Assembly (NCBI GenBank): GCA_001643675.2
Contig: LSRY02000047.1
Location: 124,001-188,000, forward strand
DNA: 64,000 nt
Source of the DNA: Monocercomonoides exilis PA203
Taxonomy: Eukaryota; Protista; Preaxostyla
Direction: 5' to 3'
Position 1 is the first letter of the stretch; the number at the start of each line of letters is the position of its first letter. The translations under genes were made by a program, and so were the position numbers. This document shows, in pieces, positions 1 through 10,178 of the stretch. The notes below the pieces were generated by a model that was not told the DNA's origin, did no database searches, and saw only the letters and a list, made by a program, of their open reading frames with translations.

Positions 1-2
1 AA

Positions 3-3000
3 TTCGACGAGTTTTTGAAGCGAACAGTGGATCTTTCAGTCATTTCAGCACCCGAACACGATGCTGGTGTGAATCAACTGCCTGGTCAGTTACCGACTTT
101 GTTTGACTTCTATTTCGATGTTGAGAAGAGAGCGTGGAAGGCGTGGGAGACACGTGTGACTCCGTATGAGCCTCCGCCTGATCGACTGTTCTGCAACATT
201 CTTGTTCCCACCGTGGATACAGTCAGACACATTGCTATTCTGTCGCTTCTTGTGGAACAGAAGGTGCCTGTGCTGTTCATTGGAGAGTCTGGAACAGCGA
301 AGACAGTGACCATTCAGAACTACCTCCGCTCACTGAACCCAGAAAGCACTGCATCGTTGAATATCAACTTCTCAAATCGCACAAACTCTCTCATTCTGCA
401 GCGTACACTCGATGACAACTTGGACAGACCATTGATGGGAGTGATTCGCCCACGTGCAGGGAAGAAGATGATTGTGTTTGCAGATGACATCAACATGCCT
501 CAGATGGACAACGAAGAGACACAACAGCCAATCGCACTGCTGAAGTTCCTGTTCGACCGCGGCGGGTTATACGGTCGCTCATCTGCTGATTTGTCATTCA
601 GAAAGTATGCAGACATCCAGTTTGTGTGTGCGATGGGTCCACCTGGTGGAGGAAGGCACCCGACCGATGTGCGTTTCACTTCAAAGTTCTCAATCTTCAA
701 TCTTCCTTTCCCAACTGTCTCTTCTCTTAAACGCATCTACGAATCTATCCTGAACCACCACTTCGAGCCATTCAGTCAGGAGATTAGACAGGCGGTGCCT
801 GTGTTGGTGGAGAACACCCTCATCCTCTACTTCACCGTCACCAACCAGCTCCCTGCCACTCCAAAGAAGTTCCACTACATCTTCAATCTTCGCGACTTGT
901 CTCGTGTGACTGAAGGGCTCACCCTCTCCACACCTGGCAAGTTCCCTTCGCTTCAGACAGTGCTGCGCCTGTGGTGCCACGAAATCCTGCGTGTCTTCCA
1001 GGACAGGCTGATCGACTACAACGACCGCGAACTTGTCAGAACAAAGATGAGAGAGCTGGTCACTCAATCGTGGCCAGAACTGGCTGAAAACGCATATTCC
1101 GAGCCACTTCTGTTCGGATCATACAAAAAGGCGAATCTTTCTGTGGGAGATCCAATCCCAGGCGAGCTGGATGAGAAGGAGAAGGAGGCAGAAGCAGCAG
1201 GCGGAGCATCAGCATCGTCGTCTGCAAGTGATGCTGGAGACGATCCGAAGGAGTATGAAGATCTGGAGAACTTTGATGCAATCAAGCCAGTTGTGGAAGA
1301 GTGCTTAGAGACATACAACGAGACGAGGTTGAGAATGAATCTTGTGATGTTTGCAGATGCACTGCAGCATCTGGCGCGTATCCACAGAATCATCCGAATG
1401 TGCCGAGGAAACGCTCTGCTTATCGGCTACGGAGGGTTCGGTAAGCAGTCGCTGACGAAGCTGGCGACGTTCATCGCTGGCTACAGCCTATTCCAGATCA
1501 CTTTGTCAAGAGGATATGGAGATGAGGCGTTCAGACAGGATCTGAAGAAGCTGTATCAGATGCTTGGTGTGCAGAATAAAGAAGTGGTGTTCCTGTTTAC
1601 TGATGCGCATGTGGTGAACTCGTCGTTCTTGGAGTACATCAACTCGATGCTCACGTCAGGAATGGTGCCAGCGCTGTATGCCGAAGACGAGAAGGATGCG
1701 ATCATCCGCGAGCTGAGTGAGGAGATGACGCGATTCGGTTTGTTCTCACGAGATGAGTGTTGGAACCACTTTGTGAACAAGTGCAGAAACAACCTGCACA
1801 TTGTGCTGTGTATGTCGCCTGCGGGTGACACTCTGCGTATTCGGTGCAGAAACTTCCCAGGGCTTGTCAGCAACACGTGCATCGACTGGTTCGAGTCGTG
1901 GTCTGACGATGCGCTTATCCCCGTGGCGAATGTGTTCCTGGCAGATGAGGATCTGCCTGACGAGCATCATGAGAACATCATCCTGCACATGGTGAGTGTG
2001 CATAAATCGATGAGCAAGTTCAACCAGGACTTCTTCAACAAGATGCGGAGACACAACTACGTCACGCCGAAGAACTATCTGGACTACATCAACAATTACA
2101 AGAAGCTTTTGAGAGAGAACAGGAAGAAGTTTGATGAGCAGGCAGAGCATCTGCAACAGGGTGTGGAGAGATTGAAGGCGGCAGCAGTGGAAGTGGACGA
2201 GATGAACGAGAAGCTGCGGGAGCAGAAGAAAGTGGTTGATGAGCAGGCACGTGCCTGTGATGAACTTGTGCAGCAGATTGAGCTGCGGACGGCAGAAGTG
2301 AAGAAGAAGAGCGAAGATGTCGAGAAGCGCAAGAAGGAGCTGTGGGAAGAGCAGGAGAACATTGTGGTTGACAAGCAAGAAGCCGAACGAGAACTGGCAG
2401 AAGCAGAACCTGCTTTGAGAGCAGCAGCACAGGCACTGAAGTTCCTCGAAGACAACAAGGACTCTATCAACGAAATGAGGGCATACAACATCCCTCCGAA
2501 GGCTGTGGAGCAGGTGTGCGAGTGTGTGGGCATCCTTCTGGGAGAGTCTGATCTGTCATGGGAGTCCACCCGTCTCATGCTGCGTAAGCCAGACTTCCTT
2601 GATCGTTTGCTGAACTACCCGAAAGAACAGCTGCTGAAGAAGGAGTCGATCATGGCGCGTGTGAAGCCACGCATGAAAGGACAAGACCCAGGAAAAGTCA
2701 AAGCCAGCATCAGTAAAGCAGCTGGTTCCATTATGGAGTGGGTGTTTGCCATTGACGCGTGGTACGACAAAGCGAAAGTGGTGCAGCCGAAGAAAGACAG
2801 AGTGGAAGCAGCAGAGGCGAGGCTGAGACAATCTCAACTTGATCTGGAAAAAGCAGAGCAAGAAATTGAGGCACTCACAAAGGAGTTGACATTATTGGAT
2901 CAAGCACTTCAGCAAAAGAGACAAGAACAGGCAGAGCTGAGGACGAAACTGGCAACGATGGAGCGACAGCTGAATGCGGCGAAGCGGCTGATTGCTGCGT

Positions 3001-6000
3001 TGGGAACAGAAAATGTGCGCTGGAACAGACAGGCAAGAGAACTGGCAGAGAGGAAGAAGCTGCTCATTGGAGATTGCCTGCTGACTGCAGCGTTTCTGTC
3101 ATATTGTGGTGCTTTCTCACACGACTTCAGAGACGAAATGGTGTACGGGCTGTGGGAAAAGGACATCCGAGACAACAAAATCCCTCTTTCCAATCCATTC
3201 CATGTAGAGACACTGCTGACTGACGATGTGGAGATCTCAAAATGGAGAAGTGAATCTCTTCCAGGAGATGAGCTGTCCATCCAGAACGGTATATTAACCA
3301 CACGCTCGTCCCGCTTCCCGCTCTGCATCGATCCACAAGAGCAGGCTGTGAAGTGGATCCGGAAGCGCGAGGCAGGCAACGAGCTGATTCGCACGTCATT
3401 CACAAGCGATTTCTTGCCACAGCTGCGCCGGGCGATCATGTTTGGCAGGCCCATCCTGTTTGAGAATGTGGAGGAGAACATAGACACCATCCTCGACCCA
3501 GTGCTTGAGAAGAACATTTTAAGAACTGGAGGTTCAGCAGACGGCACAGGAGGCAGGAGATACATCATTCTGGGTGATCAGGAGGTTGACTGGAGCCCGG
3601 ACTTCAGGCTGTACATGACGACAAAGATGTCAAATCCACACTACACACCAGAGATTGCAGGAAAGACGATGATTGTGAACTTCAATGTGACACCACAGGG
3701 GTTGGAGGAGCAGCTGCTGAATGCAGTTGTGGGCATTGAGCGTGAAGATCTAGAAAAGGGACATGAAGAGCTGATTCAAACGATGAGTGAGCTGAGAGAG
3801 TCGCTGAAGGAGACTGAAGACACTCTTTTGCGTGAGTTCACAGCAGTGAAAGGTTCTCTGTTAGACAATGAGGAGCTCATCTGTCTGTTGGAGAAGACGA
3901 AGACGATCCACCAGGAAGTGACAGACAAGCTGGAGCGGGCGAAGGAGAACGAGAAGCAGATTGAGGAGGCACGGTCGCGCTACCGCCCAGCAGCCACACG
4001 AGGCAGCACACTCTTCTTTGTGATGAGCTCACTGTCTTCTGTGTCTTCTATGTGTGAGTATTCGCTCGATGCATTCAGAGACATCTTCATCCAGTCTATC
4101 AAGCAGGCACAGCGCAGCGACGATCTGTTCAAAAGACTGAAGAACATCATCGAGGTGGTTACAGACAACGTATTCAACTACGTCTGCCTCGGTCTATTTG
4201 AGCGGTTCCGGCTGATGTTTGCGTTCCAAATGACACTCAAAATCATGGAGCAGCAGAACATGACACGCGACAGCCAGTTGCACTTCTTCCTGAAAGGATC
4301 ACTTTCCCTCGAAAAGGCAGCAGAGCCGAGACCAGCGGGGACAGAAGACTTCCTCACAGAAGACGGATGGAAGGATGCGATTGAGCTGGTAAAGGCCGAT
4401 CCTGAGCGGTTTGGCAACTTTATTGATCTTCTGAGGGCAGATCCGGATTCGTGGAGAGAATGGGCACAGAACGAAAGACCTGAAGAGGTGATGCCACCGA
4501 TGCGCCCGTTCAATGCAAAGAGCAGCAGTGCAGATGAAGAAGAAAAGGGAGAAGGAGAAGAAAAAGGAGAAGAAGACGGAGAAAACAGGAAAGAAGAGAA
4601 AGCACCAGCAAATGAGAAAGACAACAAACGGAAAGCAAGAAAAGACGAAGCAGAAGAAGACGATGAGGCTGGTGCATCTTCAGCCTCTGCCTCCTCATCC
4701 TCCTCTGCCTCAAACGCCAAAGCTGGTTCAGGTGCTGAAGGAGAGGTCTCTGATCCTGGGCGCATCTGCGGGTCGATTGATCCGAATGCGTTATCTGAGT
4801 TAGAGCGCCTGTGTCTTCTGCGTATCTTCCGCGTCGACCGCATCACCGCTGGTGTGAACCACTTTGTGGTGGCGATGATGGGAGCGAAGTATGTCAACTA
4901 CCCGATCCTGCTGTACGACGACATCTACAACCGCTCCACCGCCTTTTCGCCGGTCGTGTTCATCATCTCGCCTGGGTCTGACCCAGCGACTGATGTGATT
5001 GCACTGGGAGAGCGGAAGGGCTTTATGCAGCCGCTGCGTCTGCGGAACATTTCTCTTGGGCAGAACATGGAGCCTCTGGCTGAACAGGCGATCGACCAGG
5101 CTGTGACTCGTGGGCAGTGGGTGCTGCTGCAGAACTGTCATCTGCTGCCGAAGTGGCTGAAGATCCTCGAGAAGAAGCTCGAGCAGATCGCCGAGCGCGA
5201 TGCAGACTCAGTCGACCCAGAGTTCCGTCTTTTCCTCACCTCTGAGCCCACCGACCAGTTCCCCATGGGCATCCTCCAGCGCTCGCTGAAGGTTGTCACA
5301 GAGCCTCCGAACTCGCTCAGAATGAACATGCTCACCACATACGGCAAGATCGGCAGAGAAGAGCTGGAGCGGTCGAACCACCCGGCATACAGGCCGCTTA
5401 TCTATGTGCTTGCTTTCTTCCACGCTGTTGTGCAGGAGCGAGGCAAATATGGGAAGTTGGGGTGGAATGTGCTGTACGACTTCAACGAGTCTGATTTCAG
5501 AGTGTCGCTTGATCTGATTGCCACTTATCTGAACAAAGCATGCGATGCAGCATTGGAAGCAGCTGGCGCTGGCGGCTCGTCCACTCAGAGCGGAGCAGCG
5601 AATGTGGCACTTGCAGAAGCAGAGGAAGGAAATGCAGAGGCGAATGACGACGACGAAGAGAAGCAGATCATTGCGGGTGTTGCTGAAATCAATCCAGACT
5701 TCTCAGGAGAAGACGATGATGAGGACGAGGAAGAGGATGAAATGGAGCGTGGAGAAGGAGGAAAAAGCAGCAGCACAAAAGAAAAGGAACAAACAGACGA
5801 TTCAGGAGAAGAAACAGCAGAAGAGTCTTCTTCAGCATCGGCTTCAGCTTCAGCTTCTTCTTCATTCACATCATCCTCTTCATCTGAAGCCGAGTCTGAG
5901 TCTTCTACAGGCGCCGCTCCACCGCCAGAGGTGAACTTCACCACAGCGCCTGTTCCATGGGCTTCGCTGAGGTATCTTGTGGGAGAAGTGATGTACGGTG

Positions 6001-7229
6001 GTCGTGTGACAGACGATTGGGACAGAAGGATTCTGATGACGTATCAGGACGAGTACATGGGCGACTTCTTGTTTGACACGTTCCAGCCATTCCACTTCTT
6101 CAAGGACAGCAGAGTCGACTACACACTCCCACCTGAGCCAGCCGTGCAGAGCATCGATCCGCAGGCATTTGTGAACTATATCGAGGCAAACATTCCTGCT
6201 GCTTCGCCTCCTGAAGTGTTTGGCTTGCACCAGAATGCAGAAATTGCTTTCAACACACAGGCAGCAAGACATCTATGGATGAATGTGATCAACCTTCAAG
6301 GAAGAGGCAAGTCAGCTTCTTCATCTGCCTCTTCTGGTGGTTCTTCAGCTTCTGCTTCATCATCTGCATCTTCTTCTGGCTCGGCTGACGGTAGCAGCGA
6401 AGACGAGCGCCTTCTGAGCATAGCAGACGATGTGCAGTCACGCATTCCTGCGAAGAATGTTGATCTGACAATCATCAGAAAGGGATTCGGAGTGCCACAG
6501 CCAACACAAGTGGTGCTGCTGCAAGAACTGGAGCACTGGAACCGCCTGTGCGACAAGATGAGGATCTCACTGAAGGAGATGAGAAGGGCACTTGCAGGAG
6601 AGATTGGAATGAGCGCGGAGCTGGACAACCTTGTTTCTTCTCTGTCTTCTGGCTTCTTGCCAGACATGTGGCGGAATCTGGCGCCAGCTACGCAGAAGAA
6701 CCTTGCTGGCTGGATGGACCACTTCCTCTCAAGAAGGCAGCAGTATGAGTCGTGGGTGGCTGATGGTGAGCCGCGTGTTATCTGGCTGTCTGGGTTCCAT
6801 CTGCCAGAGGCATACATCCACGCAGTGGTGCAGGAGGCCTGCCGTAAGAACAAGTGGCCTCTTGATCGCTCAGCTATCTACACTCGTGTGACTGAGTTCA
6901 CCAGCATAAATGAAGTTTTGACGAAGCCGTCGAATGGATGCTTTGTGAGAGGACTGTTTTTGGAAGGTGCATCTTGGGACTATGAAAACAGACAGCTTCT
7001 TCCTCAGCAACCAAAGCAGCTGCTGTGCGAACTGCCGATTTTGCATATTGTTCCTATTGAAGCTTCTCAGAAGAGACTGCAAAACACTTTCACTGCTCCA
7101 GTTTATGTTACACAAGACAGATGCAACAAAATGGGAGTGGGATTTGTGTTTGAAGCAAATCTGGATTCCACGATGCATCAATCGCATTGGGTGCTCCAGG
7201 GAGTTGCTCTACTCTTGAACGATTCGTGA
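3..7229 (+). CDS. DNAH10: Axonemal dynein heavy chain, C-terminal ~2400 aa (AAA3 to C-terminus), DNAH10/inner-arm I1-alpha-like; 5' truncated by the window edge
   Basis: Frame is open from base 3; the ORF-track start at 15 is TTG. P-loops GESGTAKT and GYGGFGKQS, coiled-coil stalk, CIDPQEQA, WVLLQNCHL, YGGRVTDDWDRR. The C-terminus LQNTFTAPVY..NKMGVGFVFEA..HWVLQGVALLLND resembles DNAH10 orthologues. Orthology is from recall; the dynein call is firm. Confidence 0.93.
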   Translation, partial: FDEFLKRTVDLSVISAPEHDAGVNQLPGQLPTLFDFYFDVEKRAWKAWETRVTPYEPPPDRLFCNILVPTVDTVRHIAILSLLVEQKVPVLFIGESGTAKTVTIQNYLRSLNPESTASLNINFSNRTNSLILQRTLDDNLDRPLMGVIRPRAGKKMIVFADDINMPQMDNEETQQPIALLKFLFDRGGLYGRSSADLSFRKYADIQFVCAMGPPGGGRHPTDVRFTSKFSIFNLPFPTVSSLKRIYESILNHHFEPFSQEIRQAVPVLVENTLILYFTVTNQLPATPKKFHYIFNLRDLSRVTEGLTLSTPGKFPSLQTVLRLWCHEILRVFQDRLIDYNDRELVRTKMRELVTQSWPELAENAYSEPLLFGSYKKANLSVGDPIPGELDEKEKEAEAAGGASASSSASDAGDDPKEYEDLENFDAIKPVVEECLETYNETRLRMNLVMFADALQHLARIHRIIRMCRGNALLIGYGGFGKQSLTKLATFIAGYSLFQITLSRGYGDEAFRQDLKKLYQMLGVQNKEVVFLFTDAHVVNSSFLEYINSMLTSGMVPALYAEDEKDAIIRELSEEMTRFGLFSRDECWNHFVNKCRNNLHIVLCMSPAGDTLRIRCRNFPGLVSNTCIDWFESWSDDALIPVANVFLADEDLPDEHHENIILHMVSVHKSMSKFNQDFFNKMRRHNYVTPKNYLDYINNYKKLLRENRKKFDEQAEHLQQGVERLKAAAVEVDEMNEKLREQKKVVDEQARACDELVQQIELRTAEVKKKSEDVEKRKKELWEEQENIVVDKQEAERELAEAEPALRAAAQALKFLEDNKDSINEMRAYNIPPKAVEQVCECVGILLGESDLSWESTRLMLRKPDFLDRLLNYPKEQLLKKESIMARVKPRMKGQDPGKVKASISKAAGSIMEWVFAIDAWYDKAKVVQPKKDRVEAAEARLRQSQLDLEKAEQEIEALTKELTLLDQALQQKRQEQAELRTKLATMERQLNAAKRLIAALGTENVRWNRQARELAERKKLLIGDCLLTAAFLSYCGAFSHDFRDEMVYGLWEKDIRDNKIPLSNPFHVETLLTDDVEISKWRSESLPGDELSIQNGILTTRSSRFPLCIDPQEQAVKWIRKREAGNELIRTSFTSDFLPQLRRAIMFGRPILFENVEENIDTILDPVLEKNILRTGGSADGTGGRRYIILGDQEVDWSPDFRLYMTTKMSNPHYTPEIAGKTMIVNFNVTPQGLEEQLLNAVVGIEREDLEKGHEELIQTMSELRESLKETEDTLLREFTAVKGSLLDNEELICLLEKTKTIHQEVTDKLERAKENEKQIEEARSRYRPAATRGSTLFFVMSSLSSVSSMCEYSLDAFRDIFIQSIKQAQRSDDLFKRLKNIIEVVTDNVFNYVCLGLFERFRLMFAFQMTLKIMEQQNMTRDSQLHFFLKGSLSLEKAAEPRPAGTEDFLTEDGWKDAIELVKADPERFGNFIDLLRADPDSWREWAQNERPEEVMPPMRPFNAKSSSADEEEKGEGEEKGEEDGENRKEEKAPANEKDNKRKARKDEAEEDDEAGASSASASSSSSASNAKAGSGAEGEVSDPGRICGSIDPNALSELERLCLLRIFRVDRITAGVNHFVVAMMGAKYVNYPILLYDDIYNRSTAFSPVVFIISPGSDPATDVIALGERKGFMQPLRLRNISLGQNMEPLAEQAIDQAVTRGQWVLLQNCHLLPKWLKILEKKLEQIAERDADSVDPEFRLFLTSEPTDQFPMGILQRSLKVVTEPPNSLRMNMLTTYGKIGREELERSNHPAYRPLIYVLAFFHAVVQERGKYGKLGWNVLYDFNESDFRVSLDLIATYLNKACDAALEAAGAGGSSTQSGAANVALAEAEEGNAEANDDDEEKQIIAGVAEINPDFSGEDDDEDEEEDEMERGEGGKSSSTKEKEQTDDSGEETAEESSSASASASASSSFTSSSSSEAESESSTGAAPPPEVNFTTAPVPWASLRYLVGEVMYGGRVTDDWDRRILMTYQDEYMGDFLFDTFQPFHFFKDSRVDYTLPPEPAVQSIDPQAFVNYIEANIPAASPPEVFGLHQNAEIAFNTQAARHLWMNVINLQGRGKSASSSASSGGSSASASSSASSSGSADGSSEDERLLSIADDVQSRIPAKNVDLTIIRKGFGVPQPTQVVLLQELEHWNRLCDKMRISLKEMRRALAGEIGMSAELDNLVSSLSSGFLPDMWRNLAPATQKNLAGWMDHFLSRRQQYESWVADGEPRVIWLSGFHLPEAYIHAVVQEACRKNKWPLDRSAIYTRVTEFTSINEVLTKPSNGCFVRGLFLEGASWDYENRQLLPQQPKQLLCELPILHIVPIEASQKRLQNTFTAPVYVTQDRCNKMGVGFVFEANLDSTMHQSHWVLQGVALLLNDS

Positions 7230-8157
7230 GGCTGTTGATTTCTTACAAGTGGAAGTCTTTAATTCATTTCCAAATTCTTCATTATCACCTGATTTATCAA
7301 AGCAGTTGTCAAATGTTACCTGTTTAATGAGAATTTTTTTCTCATACCAACTTCTTTTCATCTTATCATTTCATGAATTATCACTTCTTTTTATGTGATG
7401 TGCCAATTCGTTTTTCTCAATTTTTATTGTATTTTTATTGTATTTTTTCCTTTTTCATCAATAAATTTCACCAAAAAAATAATTCAAATTTGAAAAAAAA
7501 AATGAATTCAATTTTTAAAATCATTTTTTTTTTAACAATCTACAAAAATGTCAAAGGAAAATAAAGCAATTGAAATATTTAATTAAATTTTATTTGTTTT
7601 TATTCTATTTCCAGCTGGTAAATTGGCGACGGACTTGACGAACTTTTTTCTTCACGTCACCCAGGGCATATTCTGACTCCAATAGTAACTTTTATTTGTT
7701 CAATATTTTGTACCAAATATCTTTAAGATTTAAAATGAAAAAGTTCCTTTGTCCATGTAGTTTATTCGTAAAAAAATATCAATCTCAAAACGTATACAAA
7801 TAATTGCCGTACAGATTAGAGGATTAGATACAGCGAAGACACAAAAAAAAAAAATGGTAATGAGTTTAATTTAAAATTTCAGTACTCGAAGAAGTACAAA
7901 AAAATAACTTTTAATAACACAAGATATCAACTTCAAGAAATGATAAATATCATTTACTTGCAAAAAGAAATACTTCAAGAAAAATAACTCGCTATGAACA
8001 CATTCATTAATTTTGATATGATGAAGAAAACTGGTTTTTCTTATGTTACAAATGTTCAAAGCAAAACAATAAAAACATTAATAAGAAGAACAAGAAAAAA
8101 AGCATAACACTTTATTATAGTCTTCTTTTTGAAGTGGTATTTATGAAATTGGAGTTA

Positions 8158-9993
8158 TTAATTCCTCTGCTTTCCCCAATCATTCACATTGGTCATAGCT
8201 TGTTTCTTGGCTTCTTTCTTCATTTGCTTTCTCTGCTTTTTTTTCTGCTTCTTGTTCCAGCAACAGCAAGCAATCGAGATGATTACAGCAGCAGCAATTA
8301 GTGCTATTCCAACTGCTGCAACAAGCAGAATAATCACCACAAACTCGCCCGAAAATACAGACTTCTTTTCTACCCAATCGCTGAAATCACCCCTCGTTTT
8401 GAAAGCTATCTGATTTGAATCTGTAAGCGAAGTGGCACCTGTGAATGATGATTTCACAAGCAACCCTTCCCAAGCATCAGCTGCACCAACATCCTGCCCT
8501 TTATTTAATTTAATAGCGCTGTTGTGCTTGAACAAGCATTCTTTAAATAGAACACGTTGCTTGCGCGATTGCTCTTCCACTGTTTCTGGGTAGTTTTCTT
8601 GCACGTTCGATAGATACACACCACCTCCAATGCCTTCGTTGCTTTCGCACAAAGTTAACAGGCAATTATCGAGTGTAAGCAGCCCGTTTTCACCAAATAT
8701 CGCTTCAATAAAACATCCGCCACCGTTTTGAGAAGCATAGCAATGAGTGAATGAAGAGTAATTTAGCAGTACATCCTTGCTTATAGGATTCAAGTATAGA
8801 CCACCACCATTTTCAGCAGAGCATACAACGCAACTAGTCGTTTCAACTTTGCCCAACCCGTTCCAAATATATCCTCCTCCTTTCATTACTGCTTGACATC
8901 TATTAATCACGGTATTAGACATGTACAATTCAGGATTATTAGTGGTATCAGTTACATCAATTGCACCTCCTTGTGAATCATCATCGGTCACATTACATTT
9001 AATAAAGTTTGATTCTGTTATTTTAAGTTCGCCAGGTCCAATCATCCATATTGCACCTCCGTGATTTGGAGCTGTTGATTCTCGAATTGTGGCATGGTCA
9101 AATATTTTTGATTCGCTCAACTGTTGTTGGGCTTTACTAGCATGATACTGAGGGATTATGGCATCACGACGCATCCCTCTAATCGTTGTGTTGGCACATA
9201 CAAAACTACTCCCGAGCATTCCCTGCACAATTCCTCCATAAAATACGTTATCAACATATTCTAAAGCATTATTGACAAGAGAAGAATGATGATTGTAAGA
9301 CCATTGTGGAGATGGGTGAAAATGCTGCGAGTGTGTTATATTTTTCAGAACGCAATATGAAAAAGAAACTGAACTTGTGAAAGAATCAGCAATTAAACCA
9401 GTTGATCCTTCGATAAGAAGTGATTCGAAATTCGAAGATGAAACCGTAACAATCCCTCCTTGATGCATCGTTGTTACAACTGGCTTAATACAATCTAAAG
9501 ATGAAGAAGAAAGAACAAGATTATCAAAGTAGATTGATCCTCCGTCAAGTTCAAAACAGGAGCATGGAGATGAAAGAAATGATATATTTAAAGATGATAA
9601 TCGCAATTGCGACTCTTTATCTACGGATGCTATAAAAACAGAAGATATTGGCTCTATTTTCAAATTAGTAAGTCCGAGAGAAGCATTGGCAAGATCAAAA
9701 AGAGATTTTTCTGAAAAAGATTGAGAAAATGCCATCGGCATAACATCTCTTCCTCCAATTTGTATATTTTGATTTTTGAGATAAGTTTCGCGCTCGATAA
9801 GGGAAGGCATATCAAGAGTGAGTGAAAAAGATAGCATATCTGGAGGAATGGTTGGAAAAGCGGTATATTGCTTTGGGCGTTGAGTTTCTAAATAATTAAA
9901 ATGATTTTGATTCGTCAACGATACTTGCGCCACAGCCAATCCGACAAGTAACAGAATCATTGAATAAATAATATCTGATTTCAGGATGCCCAT
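8158..9993 (-). CDS. Type I membrane protein with GGA(I/L)-type parallel beta-helix (Pmp/pectin-lyase-like) repeats
   Basis: 611-aa intronless ORF. Hydrophobic N-terminal signal, repeats HGGAIW, QGGAID, NGGGLY, NGGGCF, GGGVY, an FxxNSA motif, C-terminal TM (FVVIILLVAAVGIALIAAAVIISIACCCW) and a basic tail. Confidence 0.75.
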   Translation of the reverse strand: MGILKSDIIYSMILLLVGLAVAQVSLTNQNHFNYLETQRPKQYTAFPTIPPDMLSFSLTLDMPSLIERETYLKNQNIQIGGRDVMPMAFSQSFSEKSLFDLANASLGLTNLKIEPISSVFIASVDKESQLRLSSLNISFLSSPCSCFELDGGSIYFDNLVLSSSSLDCIKPVVTTMHQGGIVTVSSSNFESLLIEGSTGLIADSFTSSVSFSYCVLKNITHSQHFHPSPQWSYNHHSSLVNNALEYVDNVFYGGIVQGMLGSSFVCANTTIRGMRRDAIIPQYHASKAQQQLSESKIFDHATIRESTAPNHGGAIWMIGPGELKITESNFIKCNVTDDDSQGGAIDVTDTTNNPELYMSNTVINRCQAVMKGGGYIWNGLGKVETTSCVVCSAENGGGLYLNPISKDVLLNYSSFTHCYASQNGGGCFIEAIFGENGLLTLDNCLLTLCESNEGIGGGVYLSNVQENYPETVEEQSRKQRVLFKECLFKHNSAIKLNKGQDVGAADAWEGLLVKSSFTGATSLTDSNQIAFKTRGDFSDWVEKKSVFSGEFVVIILLVAAVGIALIAAAVIISIACCCWNKKQKKKQRKQMKKEAKKQAMTNVNDWGKQRN

Positions 9994-10178
9994 TATTATA
10001 TATAATCGAAAGAAAAATATCTTTTTGATTTAATGATGCCAATAATTTTTATTGGATATGGAATTGATAATGTTCAATTTTGAGTTTGATTTCTCGTGAA
10101 GAACTAAGAAAAAAACTATGTTTTATGTTTTAGATCAGTATTATTAATAAAGTTTATTTTTCTTTACAAACTTCAAGC

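Noticed and set aside
110-7218. Many antisense and alternate-frame ORFs over dynein, and likewise over the other long genes
   Set aside because: Shadow ORFs caused by codon bias and stop-poor GAA/TCT repeats; no independent motifs.
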